From: an uncultured beta proteobacterium
GTDB taxonomy: Bacteria > Pseudomonadota > Gammaproteobacteria > Burkholderiales > Gallionellaceae
Length of the DNA: 64,000 nt
Direction of reading: 5' to 3'
Assembly: GCA_963721755.1 (NCBI GenBank)
Contig: CAVRKV010000008.1
Coordinates: forward strand, 147,453-211,452
Program-made: the position numbers and the translations under genes
Shown here: positions 36,297 through 46,515 of the stretch, in pieces
Position numbering within the stretch: the stretch's first letter is position 1
Layout: each line of letters opens with the position of its first letter
Notes under the pieces: model-generated
What the model was told of the DNA's origin: nothing
The model's database searches: none
The model's input: only the letters and a program-made list of their open reading frames with translations

Positions 36297-36824
36297 CTAT
36301 TTGACTACAGGGAGCAGACCGTCGGCATAGCGCGCCAAGAGTTCCACGTAGTGAGCTATGTTGGCGTGCAGCGCGGCTATTTCGGCATCAGTCAATGCGC
36401 GCACCACTTTCCCCGGTGAACCAATCACCAGTGAGTTATCGGGGATAACCTTGCCCTCAGTGATCAGGGTGTTTGCGCCTATCAAACAGTTTTTGCCGAT
36501 GATGCTGTGGTTGAGTATCGTTGCCTTGATGCCGATCAGGCTGCCTTCGCCTATGGTGCAGCCATGCAGCATGGCCTGATGCCCGACCGAGACGTTTGCG
36601 GCGATGGTAAGAGGAGTGCCGAGGTCGGTGTGCAGCACTGCACCATCCTGGATGTTGCTGTTCGATCCGATGTGGATGGGTTCATTGTCGCCGCGCAGCA
36701 CCGCGTTGAACCACACGCTGACATTGCTTTCCAGAATGACGGTGCCGATGACGGCGGCACTGTCGGCGATGTAATGCCGCTCGCCGCGCAGTTCGGGGAT
36801 ACGTTCGTTCAGGCGATACAGCAT
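36297..36824 (-). CDS. Gamma-class carbonic anhydrase family (hexapeptide-repeat) protein
   Basis: Left-handed beta-helix repeats, with [24 protein letters not shown] as in YrdA/PaaY-type proteins. Confidence 0.8.
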   Translation of the reverse strand: MLYRLNERIPELRGERHYIADSAAVIGTVILESNVSVWFNAVLRGDNEPIHIGSNSNIQDGAVLHTDLGTPLTIAANVSVGHQAMLHGCTIGEGSLIGIKATILNHSIIGKNCLIGANTLITEGKVIPDNSLVIGSPGKVVRALTDAEIAALHANIAHYVELLARYADGLLPVVK

Positions 36825-36826
36825 GG

Positions 36827-37233
36827 CTAGATTTTCGCCAGGGCAGCCACACCCGCGGCTGCGATCTGTCCGTCCTGGAACGAGCGCACGCCGCTGATCC
36901 CAAGACCACCCACGAGCACGCCATCGATCTGCAGCGGCACGCCGCCTTCGGCAGGGATTACGCCGGGCAGGGCCAGGTGTATCAATCGGCCGCCCACTAC
37001 GGCATCCTCCGATAGCTTGGTCGGGCGTTGAAAAGCCGCTGCTGCATGGGCTTTTTTGATCGCCGTTTCCACACTGCCGAACTGGGTGTCGTGGCTGCGC
37101 TCAAGATAGAGCAGATGACCGCCATCGTCGACCACGGCGATGACCACACGCCAGTCATTGGTGAGCGCTTCGGCCTGTGCAGCCGCGGCGATGCGCTTGG
37201 CATCTTCCAGCGTGAGAACGGGTTTGCTTGCCA

Positions 37234-37234
<1 letters not shown>
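36827..37234 (-). CDS. GlcG/HbpS-like (DUF336) protein
   Basis: 135 aa. [27 protein letters not shown]...[19 protein letters not shown] matches the DUF336 pattern. Confidence 0.75.
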
Positions 37235-37896
<662 letters not shown>

Positions 37897-38670
37897 CTAT
37901 TCTCTATTGATTGAAGCTCCAAAAGCCCGTCGAGCAACTTGTAAATCCTGTTCGGTATCCACGCCGGCAGGCGGGGCATGTTCGGCGATAACCACACCTA
38001 TCCTGTAGCCATGATACAACGCGCGCAGTTGTTCCAGTGCTTCAAAGTGTTCGATTGCTGCCGGAGCAAGCTGTCCATAGGCGCGCAGGAAGCCGGCGCG
38101 GTAAGCGTAGATACCGATGTGGCGCAATACGGGCAAATCGGCCGGCAATGGCTGCTGTTGTGCGAAGGCATCACGCGGATACGGGATGGACGCGCGGCTG
38201 AAATACAGCGCGTTGCCATTCTTATCCAGCACCGTCTTGACGATGTTCGGGTTGCGCATCAATGCTTCGTCGTGAATAACATGGCAGGCCGTGGCGATCG
38301 CACACTCAGGATGGCTGTGCAGGTGTTCGGCAACAGAGTGTATCAGTGCGGGCGGAATCAGCGGTTCGTCACCCTGCACATTAACCACGATCGTATCATC
38401 CGGCCAGCCTTGCAGTTCAACGACCTCGGCGATGCGATCCGTTCCGCTGGCGTGGTTGTCTTTGGTCAAACAGGCTTTAAAACCATATTCGTGCACCACG
38501 TTGGCGATCGCATGATGGTCGGTGGCGATCCAGATCTGTTGCGCACCGCTTTGCGCCGCTTGTTCTGCAACCCTCACTACCATAGGCTTTCCCGCAATCA
38601 ACAAGAGCGGCTTGCCGGGCAAGCGCGTGGACGCATGGCGTGCCGGAATGACGACATGGAAACCGGTCAT
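37897..38670 (-). CDS. kdsB: 3-deoxy-manno-octulosonate cytidylyltransferase
   Basis: [18 protein letters not shown]-terminus as in E. coli KdsB. The ATG at 38670 is preceded by GGGAG; an alternative ATG lies at 38682. Confidence 0.9.
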   Translation of the reverse strand: MTGFHVVIPARHASTRLPGKPLLLIAGKPMVVRVAEQAAQSGAQQIWIATDHHAIANVVHEYGFKACLTKDNHASGTDRIAEVVELQGWPDDTIVVNVQGDEPLIPPALIHSVAEHLHSHPECAIATACHVIHDEALMRNPNIVKTVLDKNGNALYFSRASIPYPRDAFAQQQPLPADLPVLRHIGIYAYRAGFLRAYGQLAPAAIEHFEALEQLRALYHGYRIGVVIAEHAPPAGVDTEQDLQVARRAFGASINRE

Positions 38671-38681
38671 TTGGGCTCCCA

Positions 38682-38867
38682 TTAAATTTTTTCGGCTTCT
38701 TCGGGAGTCAGCTTGCGGGCTTCATCGACCAGCATCACCGGAATATCGTCGGTGATTTGATAGGCCAGCCGGTCTGCCTTGCAGATCAGTTCTTGCGCGG
38801 TCTTTTGATAGACCAGCGGCGATTTGCACAACGGACAGACGAGGATATCAAGCAGTTTTGGATCCAT
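38682..38867 (-). CDS. ycaR: Trm112/YcaR-family small zinc-ribbon protein
   Basis: [18 protein letters not shown]...[12 protein letters not shown] is the canonical YcaR pattern. It sits between lpxK and kdsB, as in many proteobacteria. Confidence 0.85.
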   Translation of the reverse strand: MDPKLLDILVCPLCKSPLVYQKTAQELICKADRLAYQITDDIPVMLVDEARKLTPEEAEKI

Positions 38868-39840
38868 GGGATTCGATTTTCCTCAGTATTTGTTCGAGCA
38901 GTGCCGGATCGATCTGGGCATCAACACGCAACACCCAATATCGCGCATCGGCGAATGCTGCGCATTTTACCGCATCTTTTTCGGTCATGAGTATCGCATC
39001 GCAATCCGCGAAGGACAGATCATCCGCCCGGTAAGGATAATGGTCAGGAAAAGCGTGCGGCGTGCATGTAATTCCCAATGTTTCCAGATGCCGGAAGTAG
39101 CGTTGCGGATTTCCGATGCCCGCGACGGCATGGTTTCTCAGGTTATGAAAATACTCTGCAGAGGTTTTTTTTTCGGGATCAAGCAGGTTGTAGAAAACAT
39201 CTCCCGACAAGCGCATCACAAACCGACCTGCTGGCGCATCTTCGCCATTTACCACCACAGCATCCACTTCCTGCAAGCGAGATACCGGTTCGCGTAAAGG
39301 GCCGGCGGGAAGCATCAAGCCATTGCCGAAACCACGCGCCCCATCGATGACCGCGATCTCGACATCACGTTGCAGGCGATAGTGCTGCAAGCCGTCATCG
39401 CACAGGACCACGTCGCATTGCGGATGCGCTTGCAACGCTGAGCGCGCAGTTCTGGCTCGGTCCCTGCCTATCCATACCGGGCATATGTTTCGGCGTGCCA
39501 TCAGCAAAGGCTCGTCGCCCACCTTCGGTGCATTGCTGGCCTCGCTGACGTATTGGGGCTGTTGTGTCGTGCCGCCGAAGCCGCGACTTACTATGAGCGG
39601 ATGCCAGCCGTGTTCGACAAGCTGCTGCGCCAAGGCCAGTGTGAGGGGGGTTTTGCCGGTACCGCCGACATTGATGTTGCCGACCACGATAACAGGCAGC
39701 AGCAATTGATCACTGGCCAGCATTCCGTTGCGATACATGTCGCGTCGCAACGTCACCAGCGCGCGAAATACCATGCTAATCGGGAAAAGAATCAGGTGCA
39801 GAGGGGTGATGCGATACCAGTGGGTTTGCAGCCAGCGCAC
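38848..39840 (-). CDS. lpxK: Tetraacyldisaccharide 4'-kinase
   Basis: [19 protein letters not shown]-loop. A GTG at 39840, 4 nt after the exbD stop, gives an N-terminus ([21 protein letters not shown]) of the same length as E. coli LpxK. The upstream ATG at 39915 would overlap exbD by 71 nt. Confidence 0.85.
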   Translation of the reverse strand: MRWLQTHWYRITPLHLILFPISMVFRALVTLRRDMYRNGMLASDQLLLPVIVVGNINVGGTGKTPLTLALAQQLVEHGWHPLIVSRGFGGTTQQPQYVSEASNAPKVGDEPLLMARRNICPVWIGRDRARTARSALQAHPQCDVVLCDDGLQHYRLQRDVEIAVIDGARGFGNGLMLPAGPLREPVSRLQEVDAVVVNGEDAPAGRFVMRLSGDVFYNLLDPEKKTSAEYFHNLRNHAVAGIGNPQRYFRHLETLGITCTPHAFPDHYPYRADDLSFADCDAILMTEKDAVKCAAFADARYWVLRVDAQIDPALLEQILRKIESHGSKTA

Positions 39841-39844
39841 TTTG

Positions 39845-40267
39845 TTATTTGGACTGGCTCTGCGTGGTGAACGTAATGCGTCCGTACCCTGCACGGCGCG
39901 CCGCTTCCATGACATTTATTACGGACTGATGCGTGGCTTTGGCATCGGCATTTATAACGATGGTGGGGTCGGCTTGATCGCCAGCCGCATTTTTCAGGGA
40001 GGCTGCCATCGCGTCTACGCCGGTGTAAGGAAGCCCTTGGTTGTTTATGGCATAGTGCTCCGAGGCATCCACTGCGACATTGATGGTTTTTGCCTGTGAT
40101 TTGCTTGCTTCACCGCCTGCTTCAGGCAGGTTGATCTGTAACTCGGAAAACTTGGCGTAACTGGTGGTCACCATCATGAAAATCAAAATCACCAGCAATA
40201 CGTCTATCATCGGGATCAGGTTGATTTCCGGTTCTTCACGGCGACGGAGCCCACGTTTAAAATTCAT
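39845..40267 (-). CDS. exbD: ExbD/TolR-family biopolymer transport protein
   Basis: From the ATG at 40267: MNFKRGLRRREEPEINLIPMIDVLLVILIFMM, the typical ExbD N-terminus and TM segment. Confidence 0.85.
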   Translation of the reverse strand: MNFKRGLRRREEPEINLIPMIDVLLVILIFMMVTTSYAKFSELQINLPEAGGEASKSQAKTINVAVDASEHYAINNQGLPYTGVDAMAASLKNAAGDQADPTIVINADAKATHQSVINVMEAARRAGYGRITFTTQSQSK

Positions 40268-40271
40268 GGCC

Positions 40272-40880
40272 TCAGTCTTTGCGTTGGCCGTGCACAACTT
40301 CGACCAGTTTGATCGCCTCCTGCTCCATCTCGGTGGTCAGGGTATCCACCCGGGCACGGAAGTGGCGGTAGAAGATCATGCTGGGGATCGCCACGATCAG
40401 GCCGAAGGCGGTGTTGTATAGCGCCACAGAAATCCCGTGTGCCAGAACCGCCGGCGAGTTGCCCACCGCAGACTGCGAGCCGAATATCTCGATCATGCCG
40501 ACCACCGTGCCGAATAGCCCAAGCAAGGGGCTGATCGAGGCTATCGTGCCCAATGAGGTGAGAAAACGATCCAGATCGCGCGTGACCGCACGCCCCGCTT
40601 CTTCGATGGACTCTTTCATTATCTCTGGAGGGCTTTTGATATTCTTGAGTCCGGCAGAGAATATGCTTCCCAGTGGCGAGCTGGCGGCAAGCTTGGTCAG
40701 CATGCTGTCGCTGACCCCGCGTTGCTTGAGTTCCTTGACGACCTCGTCCAGCAGGGCGGGAGGGGCGATACGACTACTGCGCAAAAATATCATGCGTTCA
40801 ATGATCAAGCCGACTGCGATGATGGATGCCAGGATCAAAAACCAGATAGGCCAGCCGGCCGCTTCTACGATTGCAAACAC
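40272..40880 (-). CDS. exbB: MotA/TolQ/ExbB proton-channel protein
   Basis: Three TM segments, with LGLFGTVVGMIEIF and ALYNTAFGLIVAIP conserved blocks. Confidence 0.85.
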   Translation of the reverse strand: MFAIVEAAGWPIWFLILASIIAVGLIIERMIFLRSSRIAPPALLDEVVKELKQRGVSDSMLTKLAASSPLGSIFSAGLKNIKSPPEIMKESIEEAGRAVTRDLDRFLTSLGTIASISPLLGLFGTVVGMIEIFGSQSAVGNSPAVLAHGISVALYNTAFGLIVAIPSMIFYRHFRARVDTLTTEMEQEAIKLVEVVHGQRKD

Positions 40881-41009
40881 GCGTATTCTCCAAATGTGCT
40901 TAAATTATCAGGGCGCAACTGTAACGTGTCGTATCCAGTTGAGCAAGATTTCTAAAGTTTTTCTTCAATGATATTTTGCTAACCTGCCATTTGAAAAGAG
41001 TATTTTTGT

Positions 41010-41043
41010 TTACCCACAAAACCTGTGGATAACTTTGTGGATG
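41010..41043. promoter_or_regulatory. Cluster of DnaA-box-like 9-mers in the exbB/xseA divergent intergenic region
   Basis: TTACCCACA (41010-41018, 1 mismatch to TTATCCACA). TGTGGATAA (41024-41032, a perfect box on the other strand). TTGTGGATG (41035-41043, 2 mismatches). A further TGTGGATTA lies at 41203-41211 (1 mismatch). An AT-rich stretch spans about 41095-41145. Confidence 0.4.
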
Positions 41044-41226
41044 GCTCTTGGGAATGGTGCTTTAATGTGGCGTGGCATAAGGAATCTTGTTACTTTGCCT
41101 ATTTTTTACTTGGCTGCTATTTATATTAAAATCAATTAGTTATCGTAAGTGCTTGGTTGTTGCACAGGTTGAAACAGCGAAAAGCGGCGAATTTCCTTGG
41201 AGTGTGGATTATTTTGGATTGTCAAT

Positions 41227-42573
41227 ATGTCTTTTGATCTTTTTTTTGAAGAAAAAGGCCACGTTTTTCGAGTCGCCGAACTCAACTTTGCAATCAAGCA
41301 GTTGCTGGAAAGCAACGTCCCTTTGTTGTGGGTGCGCGGAGAAATTTCCAATTTGGTCAAGGCCGCTTCCGGACATTTTTATTTTTCGCTGAAGGATGAT
41401 CAGGCGCAAGTTCGTTGCGTGATGTTCCGGCATAAAAACCAGTTATTGAGAGAGCCGATCGCCAACGGCCGGCAGGTCGAAGTATTAGCGGTCGCTACTT
41501 TATATGAACAGCGCGGCGATTTTCAGCTGACCGTCGAGCAGATGCGTCCGGCAGGATTAGGCATACTGTATGAACGATTCGAGCGGCTGAAGCAATTGTT
41601 ACAAAGCGAAGGACTGTTCGCCGCCGAACGCAAACATCCTTTGCCTGCCTTCCCCAAATGCATAGGCATCATCACCTCGCCGCAGGCCGCCGCATTGCGC
41701 GATGTGCTTACTACTCTAAGGCTGCGCCTGCCGAGCGTGCCGGTGGTGCTGTATCCCGCACCTGTACAAGGGGCAGGAAGCGCGGAAAAGATCGCCGCAG
41801 CCATCCAGCTCGCCAACCGGCGCGGGGGTTGCGACGTGTTGATCGTGTGCCGCGGCGGAGGCAGCATCGAAGACCTGTGGGCATTCAACGAAGAAGTCGT
41901 GGCGCGCGCCATCGCCGCCAGTAAAATCCCCATCGTCAGCGGGATCGGGCACGAGACCGATTTCACGATCGCCGATTTCGTCGCTGACGAACGCGCGCCG
42001 ACTCCCACCGCAGCGGCACAGCGCGCAGCCCCGGATCGCCATGCCCTGCTCAGGGGTTTGCAAGACCAAGCCCAGCACCTGCAACGTGCGCAGCGCAATC
42101 GTTTTCAAAATTCCATGCAGGCGCTGGATTACCTGCAGCGTCGCCTGGTGCATCCCGCGCAGCAGTTGCAACGCCAGACCCAGCAATTGGGCCAACTGCA
42201 ACAGCGCATGCAGCGTGCCTTTGCCTATCGCAAGCAGCATCAGCACTGGCTGTGGCAAGCGCTGGCGCAACGCCTGCGCGCAGCGCGCAGCGATTTTCCC
42301 CGTTTGCAAGACCGGCAAACCAATCTGACGGAACGTTTGGTAAACGCGATGCGCGCGACGCAAGCGCAGCGATTGTTGCAAGTGAACAATGCCGCGCAGC
42401 ACTTGATCTTGCTCGATCCGACAAAAGTCTTGGCGCGCGGCTATAGCATGGTACAGGACGCAAGCGGCACTGTGGTGTCGGATGCGGAGCAACTGGCCAT
42501 CGGAGCGGAACTGCGCATCACCTTTGCCAACGGATGGGCGCGGACTGAAGTGAAAGAGCGGGGCGGGGAATGA
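41227..42573 (+). CDS. xseA: Exodeoxyribonuclease VII large subunit
   Basis: From the ATG at 41227: VAELNFAIKQLLE...LWVRGEISN..KAASGHFYFSLKD (OB fold), then GIITSPQAAALRDV, CDVLIVCRGGGSIEDLWAFN and a Gln-rich coiled coil. Confidence 0.9.
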   Translation: MSFDLFFEEKGHVFRVAELNFAIKQLLESNVPLLWVRGEISNLVKAASGHFYFSLKDDQAQVRCVMFRHKNQLLREPIANGRQVEVLAVATLYEQRGDFQLTVEQMRPAGLGILYERFERLKQLLQSEGLFAAERKHPLPAFPKCIGIITSPQAAALRDVLTTLRLRLPSVPVVLYPAPVQGAGSAEKIAAAIQLANRRGGCDVLIVCRGGGSIEDLWAFNEEVVARAIAASKIPIVSGIGHETDFTIADFVADERAPTPTAAAQRAAPDRHALLRGLQDQAQHLQRAQRNRFQNSMQALDYLQRRLVHPAQQLQRQTQQLGQLQQRMQRAFAYRKQHQHWLWQALAQRLRAARSDFPRLQDRQTNLTERLVNAMRATQAQRLLQVNNAAQHLILLDPTKVLARGYSMVQDASGTVVSDAEQLAIGAELRITFANGWARTEVKERGGE

Positions 42574-42694
42574 CATCTTTCACGCTGTGAATGATGAGAT
42601 GTTGAAGAGGTTTAGTGAAATGAAAAAACAATTCAATCTGCTCCATTTGTTCACAAACAAAAGGCGACCCCGGTTTGCCGCCCCTGCGGGGTTC

Positions 42695-42874
42695 CCTCGA
42701 TCAGCCGCAAGCAAGCGGGGCTACGCAGGCCGACTTGGCGGGGTGTGCGCTCCACTGCGGGACTCGAACAAAACGTGTTGGTTACGACATAACCTGAAGG
42801 TTAGTCTCCATCGCAACAAGCCGCTACGCGGCGTGCTGTCGCCTAAACCTCCGCTCACTTGCGGCTGATCGAGG
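42695..42874. repeat. Inverted-repeat-bounded element of about 180 nt (structured RNA or MITE-like remnant)
   Basis: CCTCGATCAGCCGCAAG (42695-42711) is perfectly complementary to CTTGCGGCTGATCGAGG (42858-42874). Pairing extends inward (AGCGG/CCGCT) after a 2-nt mismatch. The interior carries a tRNA 3'-half-like string on the minus strand. Confidence 0.5.
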
Positions 42875-43060
42875 TGGCGCACAGGGGAAATGGGAGGTGC
42901 GCAACGCGCGCATCATAAATGGTAAACTGAAAAAATGGGAAGCTATGTGCAGACGGTCGAGTAGTTCCCCAATTAAGTTTCCTCCTTCTTGAAGGTTAAA
43001 GCTTTCACAGCACACAGTGTCATCGTGATAGGTTAGGCTGAACAAATATGGGATGTGCTT

Positions 43061-43756
43061 TCAGACAACAGCCAGTCTGTAACCGACCCCGACTTCAGTC
43101 AGCAGGAAACGCGGACGCGCCGGCTCTTTCTCCAGTTTGTGCCGCAGGATGCCCATGTAGATGCGCAGGTAGTGGGCGCGCTCCACGTAGTTCGGCCCCC
43201 AGACTTCCTGGAGCAGCAAGCGGTGCGTCAGCACCTTGCCTGCATGCTTTATCAGTACGGTCAGCAGGCGGTATTCAATCGGGGTGAGGTGAATTTCCGT
43301 GCCGCTGACAGTGACCTTGCGATGAATCATGTCCACCTTCAGGTCGGCTACAGAGAAAACGCCGTCTTCCTTCTCATTCGTAGTAGAAGACACGTGACGT
43401 AATGCCACGCGTATCCGTGCCAGCAACTCGCCTACGCCGAAAGGTTTGACCAGGTAATCATCCGCACCTGCATCCAGGGCGGAAATTTTGTCGCTTTCCA
43501 GCGAGCGCGCGGACAGGATGATGATGGGAACGGAAGACCACGCGCGCAATTCCTTGACCACTTCGGCGCCATCCATGTCAGGCAGGCCGAGATCGAGAAC
43601 AATCAGGTCAGGCTTGCGCGTCGCAGCTTCGGTTAAACCATACTTGCCGGTTTCTGCTTCGATTACCTTATAGCCTTCCGAGGCCAGCGTAGTCCGCAGG
43701 AAGCGGCGTATCTGCGCTTCATCTTCGATGACGATGATGGTGGCGGAATTCTTCAT
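43061..43756 (-). CDS. kdpE: OmpR-family response regulator KdpE
   Basis: Receiver domain (DLIVLDLGLPDMDG) plus a winged-helix output domain. ATGA overlap with kdpD. Confidence 0.9.
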   Translation of the reverse strand: MKNSATIIVIEDEAQIRRFLRTTLASEGYKVIEAETGKYGLTEAATRKPDLIVLDLGLPDMDGAEVVKELRAWSSVPIIILSARSLESDKISALDAGADDYLVKPFGVGELLARIRVALRHVSSTTNEKEDGVFSVADLKVDMIHRKVTVSGTEIHLTPIEYRLLTVLIKHAGKVLTHRLLLQEVWGPNYVERAHYLRIYMGILRHKLEKEPARPRFLLTEVGVGYRLAVV

Positions 43757-46497
43757 GATTGAGTAGCTTCTTCATGCTCGATCAAAGGCGGCTCGGTCAA
43801 TGGTAATGTGAAGTGGAATGCCGCTCCGCCGGTAGGCAAATTATCCGCCCATATCCGCCCGCCGTGTGCTTCCACAATGGAGCGGCAGATAGTCAGGCCA
43901 AGTCCCGCTCCGCCCTGATTGCCCTCGCGGGTGACGCGGTGGAATTTTTCGAAGATCAGCTTTTCTTCGCCCGCTGGAATTCCATGTCCCTGATCAGAAA
44001 CGGTCACCACCAATTCGTTCGGTCCGGTTGTGGCAGAAATTTCGATGGGAGTTCCAAGCGGCGTGTACTTCACCGCATTTTCCAGCAGGTTCGCAAATAC
44101 ACGTTCGATCAGCAGGCTATCTATCTCGACCAATGGCAAGTCATGAGGCAACTTGACAGTTACCGGATGATTTTCCATGCGCGTTCTCAGTCCTGCCAAT
44201 GCCCCGCCGACCACTTCTTCCAGCGGTTGCCATTGCCGGTTCAGCGCGACAGCGCCCGCCTCAAGTCGTGCCATGTCCAGCAAATTGTTTGCCAGTCCGG
44301 ACATGCGTATGGCTTCGTCATAAATCGCCTGGCCGAGTTCATTGCGTGCATGGCTGGCCAGTCTGTCGCCATCCCGTACCAGGCTGCTGGAGGCGCCAAC
44401 AATCGCTGCCAGCGGCGTGCGCAAATCATGTGAGATCGCAGACAGCAAGGTGTTGCGCAACTGTTCCGTTTCCATTTTTAACTGGGAGTTGTGCGCTTCG
44501 GTTGCCAGCCTGACCCGCTCCAGCGCCTGCGCGATCTGGCTGGTAAAAGTTTCCAGCAGCCGCTGCTGCTCGGGCAAAGCAAGCCGCGCCGGGTTAAGCG
44601 GCAACAACGCCAACACGCCTATCATTCCGGAAGAGGCTTTCAGCGGCAGGTAAACCACCTCCCCTCCCGGCAGGGTGTCCGTGCCCTGTCCCGCCATCTG
44701 TCCATGGTCATACACCCATTGCGCCACACTCAGGTCGCTGCCGTGGCAGGATTGCGCCGAGCCCTCGTCCTTGGGATAAACGATGCGCCCCGTTTCATTG
44801 GGCAGCAACACCACTGCCTGCGCTTCAAATACCTCCGCCACATGTTTGACCGCAATGCGCACGACATTTCCCTCGCCGCGTGTCGCGGCCAGTTCACGGC
44901 TCATGGCGTACAGCGATGCGATCCGGCGCTCGCGGTGGCCGGCGACCTTGGCCTGGTGGCGGATGCTTACCGTCATGTTGCTGATCACCAACGCGACCGC
45001 TAACATGACGGCGAAAGTAATCAGGTACTGGGTATCCGAAACGGCAAAACTGAATCGCGGCGGCACGAAAAAGAAATCGAACGATACCACGCTCAGCAAC
45101 GAACTCAGCACCGATGGTCCGCGCCCGTAGCGCGCGGCGACCACCACCACACCCAACAGGTAAACCATGATCAGATTGGCCAGCTCGAAATGGCGAAGCA
45201 TGAACCAGGCTATGGCGGTGCAGATTACCGTCGCGACAACCGCCCAAGCATAGCCTGCGCGCCATTTGAACAACGGGCGCTGCTCCCCGGATTCCAGGCC
45301 CAGATACAAGCGGCTGCGCGAAAAATAGGGGTTCTCACTCATCTGTGACAGGAAATCGGATTCCTTGCCCACCACATGTATGCCGATATCGCCGGCTTGA
45401 CGGACGACAGTGTCAACCAGCGATCCGAACAGCCAGCGTCTCCATCCTGACCGTGTCGGCTTGCCCAGCACGATGCGGGTGACATTGCGGGTGCGGGCGT
45501 AGGAAATCACTTCCTCGGACAGTTTGCGGCCGCCCAGAGTGACGGTTTCCGCACCCAGTTCTTCCGCCAGCTTCAGTGTGCGCAGCACGGCATCGCGCTG
45601 TTCCCTGGAAAGATGCTGGAGCTTAGCCGTCTCGACATACACCACGATCCATTCCGCCTTCAGCGACTGCGCCAAGCGGTACGCTGCGCGCACCAGGTTC
45701 TCAGCATAGCTGCCCGGCCCGATACAGACCAGCAGCCGTTCTTTCACCTGCCACACCTCCTGGATGGCATGGTCTTCGCGGTAGTCGCGCATCTGCGCAT
45801 CGACACGGTCCGCGGTGCGCCGCAATGCCAGTTCACGCAGCGCGATCAGGTTGCCCTTGCGGAAAAAATTTTGCGCTGCGCGTTCCGCCTGCTGTGGGAT
45901 ATAAACCTTGCCTTCCTTCAGCCGCTGCAGCAACTCATCCGGGGGCAGATCGATCAATTCAATTTCATCGGCGCCTTCCAGCACCGCGTCGGGTACGGTC
46001 TCCCATACCGGGATGCCGGTAATTTGCGAGACCACATCGTTGAGGCTTTCGATGTGCTGGACGTTGATCGTGGTATAGACATCAATACCCGCATCCAGCA
46101 ATTCCTCCACGTCCATCCAGCGTTTGGGATGACGTGAGCCCGGCGCATTGGTGTGCGCCAATTCGTCCACCAGGATCAGCGCCGGTTGGCGCTTGAGCGC
46201 GGCATCCAGATCAAACTCGCGCAATTGCGTGTCACGGTATTCCACCAGGCGCGGCGGCAGGGCTTCCAGCCCTTCCAGCAACTGCTCGGTCTCGGCCCGC
46301 TTGTGCGCTTCCACATAGCCCGCCACCACGTCCAGCCCTTCCGCGCGCCGCTCGCGCGCCGCCAGCAGCATGCCGAAGGTTTTACCGACACCGGCAGAAG
46401 CGCCGAAGAATATCTTCAGGCGGCCGCGGCGGCGTTTGGCTTCTGCGCGCTGCACTCTTTCCAGTAAAGAGTCGGGATCGGGACGTTGGTCAGCCAT
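43753..46497 (-). CDS. kdpD: Sensor histidine kinase KdpD
   Basis: N-terminal KdpD domain with the P-loop GASAGVGKTFGML, a Usp-like region, 4 TM segments, a GAF-like region, the H-box SHDLRTPL and an ATPase domain. 914 aa. Confidence 0.95.
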   Translation of the reverse strand: MADQRPDPDSLLERVQRAEAKRRRGRLKIFFGASAGVGKTFGMLLAARERRAEGLDVVAGYVEAHKRAETEQLLEGLEALPPRLVEYRDTQLREFDLDAALKRQPALILVDELAHTNAPGSRHPKRWMDVEELLDAGIDVYTTINVQHIESLNDVVSQITGIPVWETVPDAVLEGADEIELIDLPPDELLQRLKEGKVYIPQQAERAAQNFFRKGNLIALRELALRRTADRVDAQMRDYREDHAIQEVWQVKERLLVCIGPGSYAENLVRAAYRLAQSLKAEWIVVYVETAKLQHLSREQRDAVLRTLKLAEELGAETVTLGGRKLSEEVISYARTRNVTRIVLGKPTRSGWRRWLFGSLVDTVVRQAGDIGIHVVGKESDFLSQMSENPYFSRSRLYLGLESGEQRPLFKWRAGYAWAVVATVICTAIAWFMLRHFELANLIMVYLLGVVVVAARYGRGPSVLSSLLSVVSFDFFFVPPRFSFAVSDTQYLITFAVMLAVALVISNMTVSIRHQAKVAGHRERRIASLYAMSRELAATRGEGNVVRIAVKHVAEVFEAQAVVLLPNETGRIVYPKDEGSAQSCHGSDLSVAQWVYDHGQMAGQGTDTLPGGEVVYLPLKASSGMIGVLALLPLNPARLALPEQQRLLETFTSQIAQALERVRLATEAHNSQLKMETEQLRNTLLSAISHDLRTPLAAIVGASSSLVRDGDRLASHARNELGQAIYDEAIRMSGLANNLLDMARLEAGAVALNRQWQPLEEVVGGALAGLRTRMENHPVTVKLPHDLPLVEIDSLLIERVFANLLENAVKYTPLGTPIEISATTGPNELVVTVSDQGHGIPAGEEKLIFEKFHRVTREGNQGGAGLGLTICRSIVEAHGGRIWADNLPTGGAAFHFTLPLTEPPLIEHEEATQS

Positions 46498-46515
46498 CGT
46501 TTTTTCCTGGGAAAA

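Noticed and set aside
40881-41226. Chromosomal replication origin (oriC).
   Set aside because: There are only four DnaA-box-like 9-mers and one perfect box. There is no dnaA/dnaN or gidA/parAB context, and I saw no recognisable 13-mer unwinding repeats. I kept it as a DnaA-binding candidate only.
42735-42775. Possible tRNA or tmRNA gene (minus-strand TTCGAGTCCCGCAGTGGAGCGCA).
   Set aside because: Only a T-loop and 3' acceptor-like string is present. The sequence 5' of the loop (TTTTG) cannot pair with CCCGC, there is no cloverleaf, and the end reads GCA rather than CCA. I treated it as a fragment or scar.
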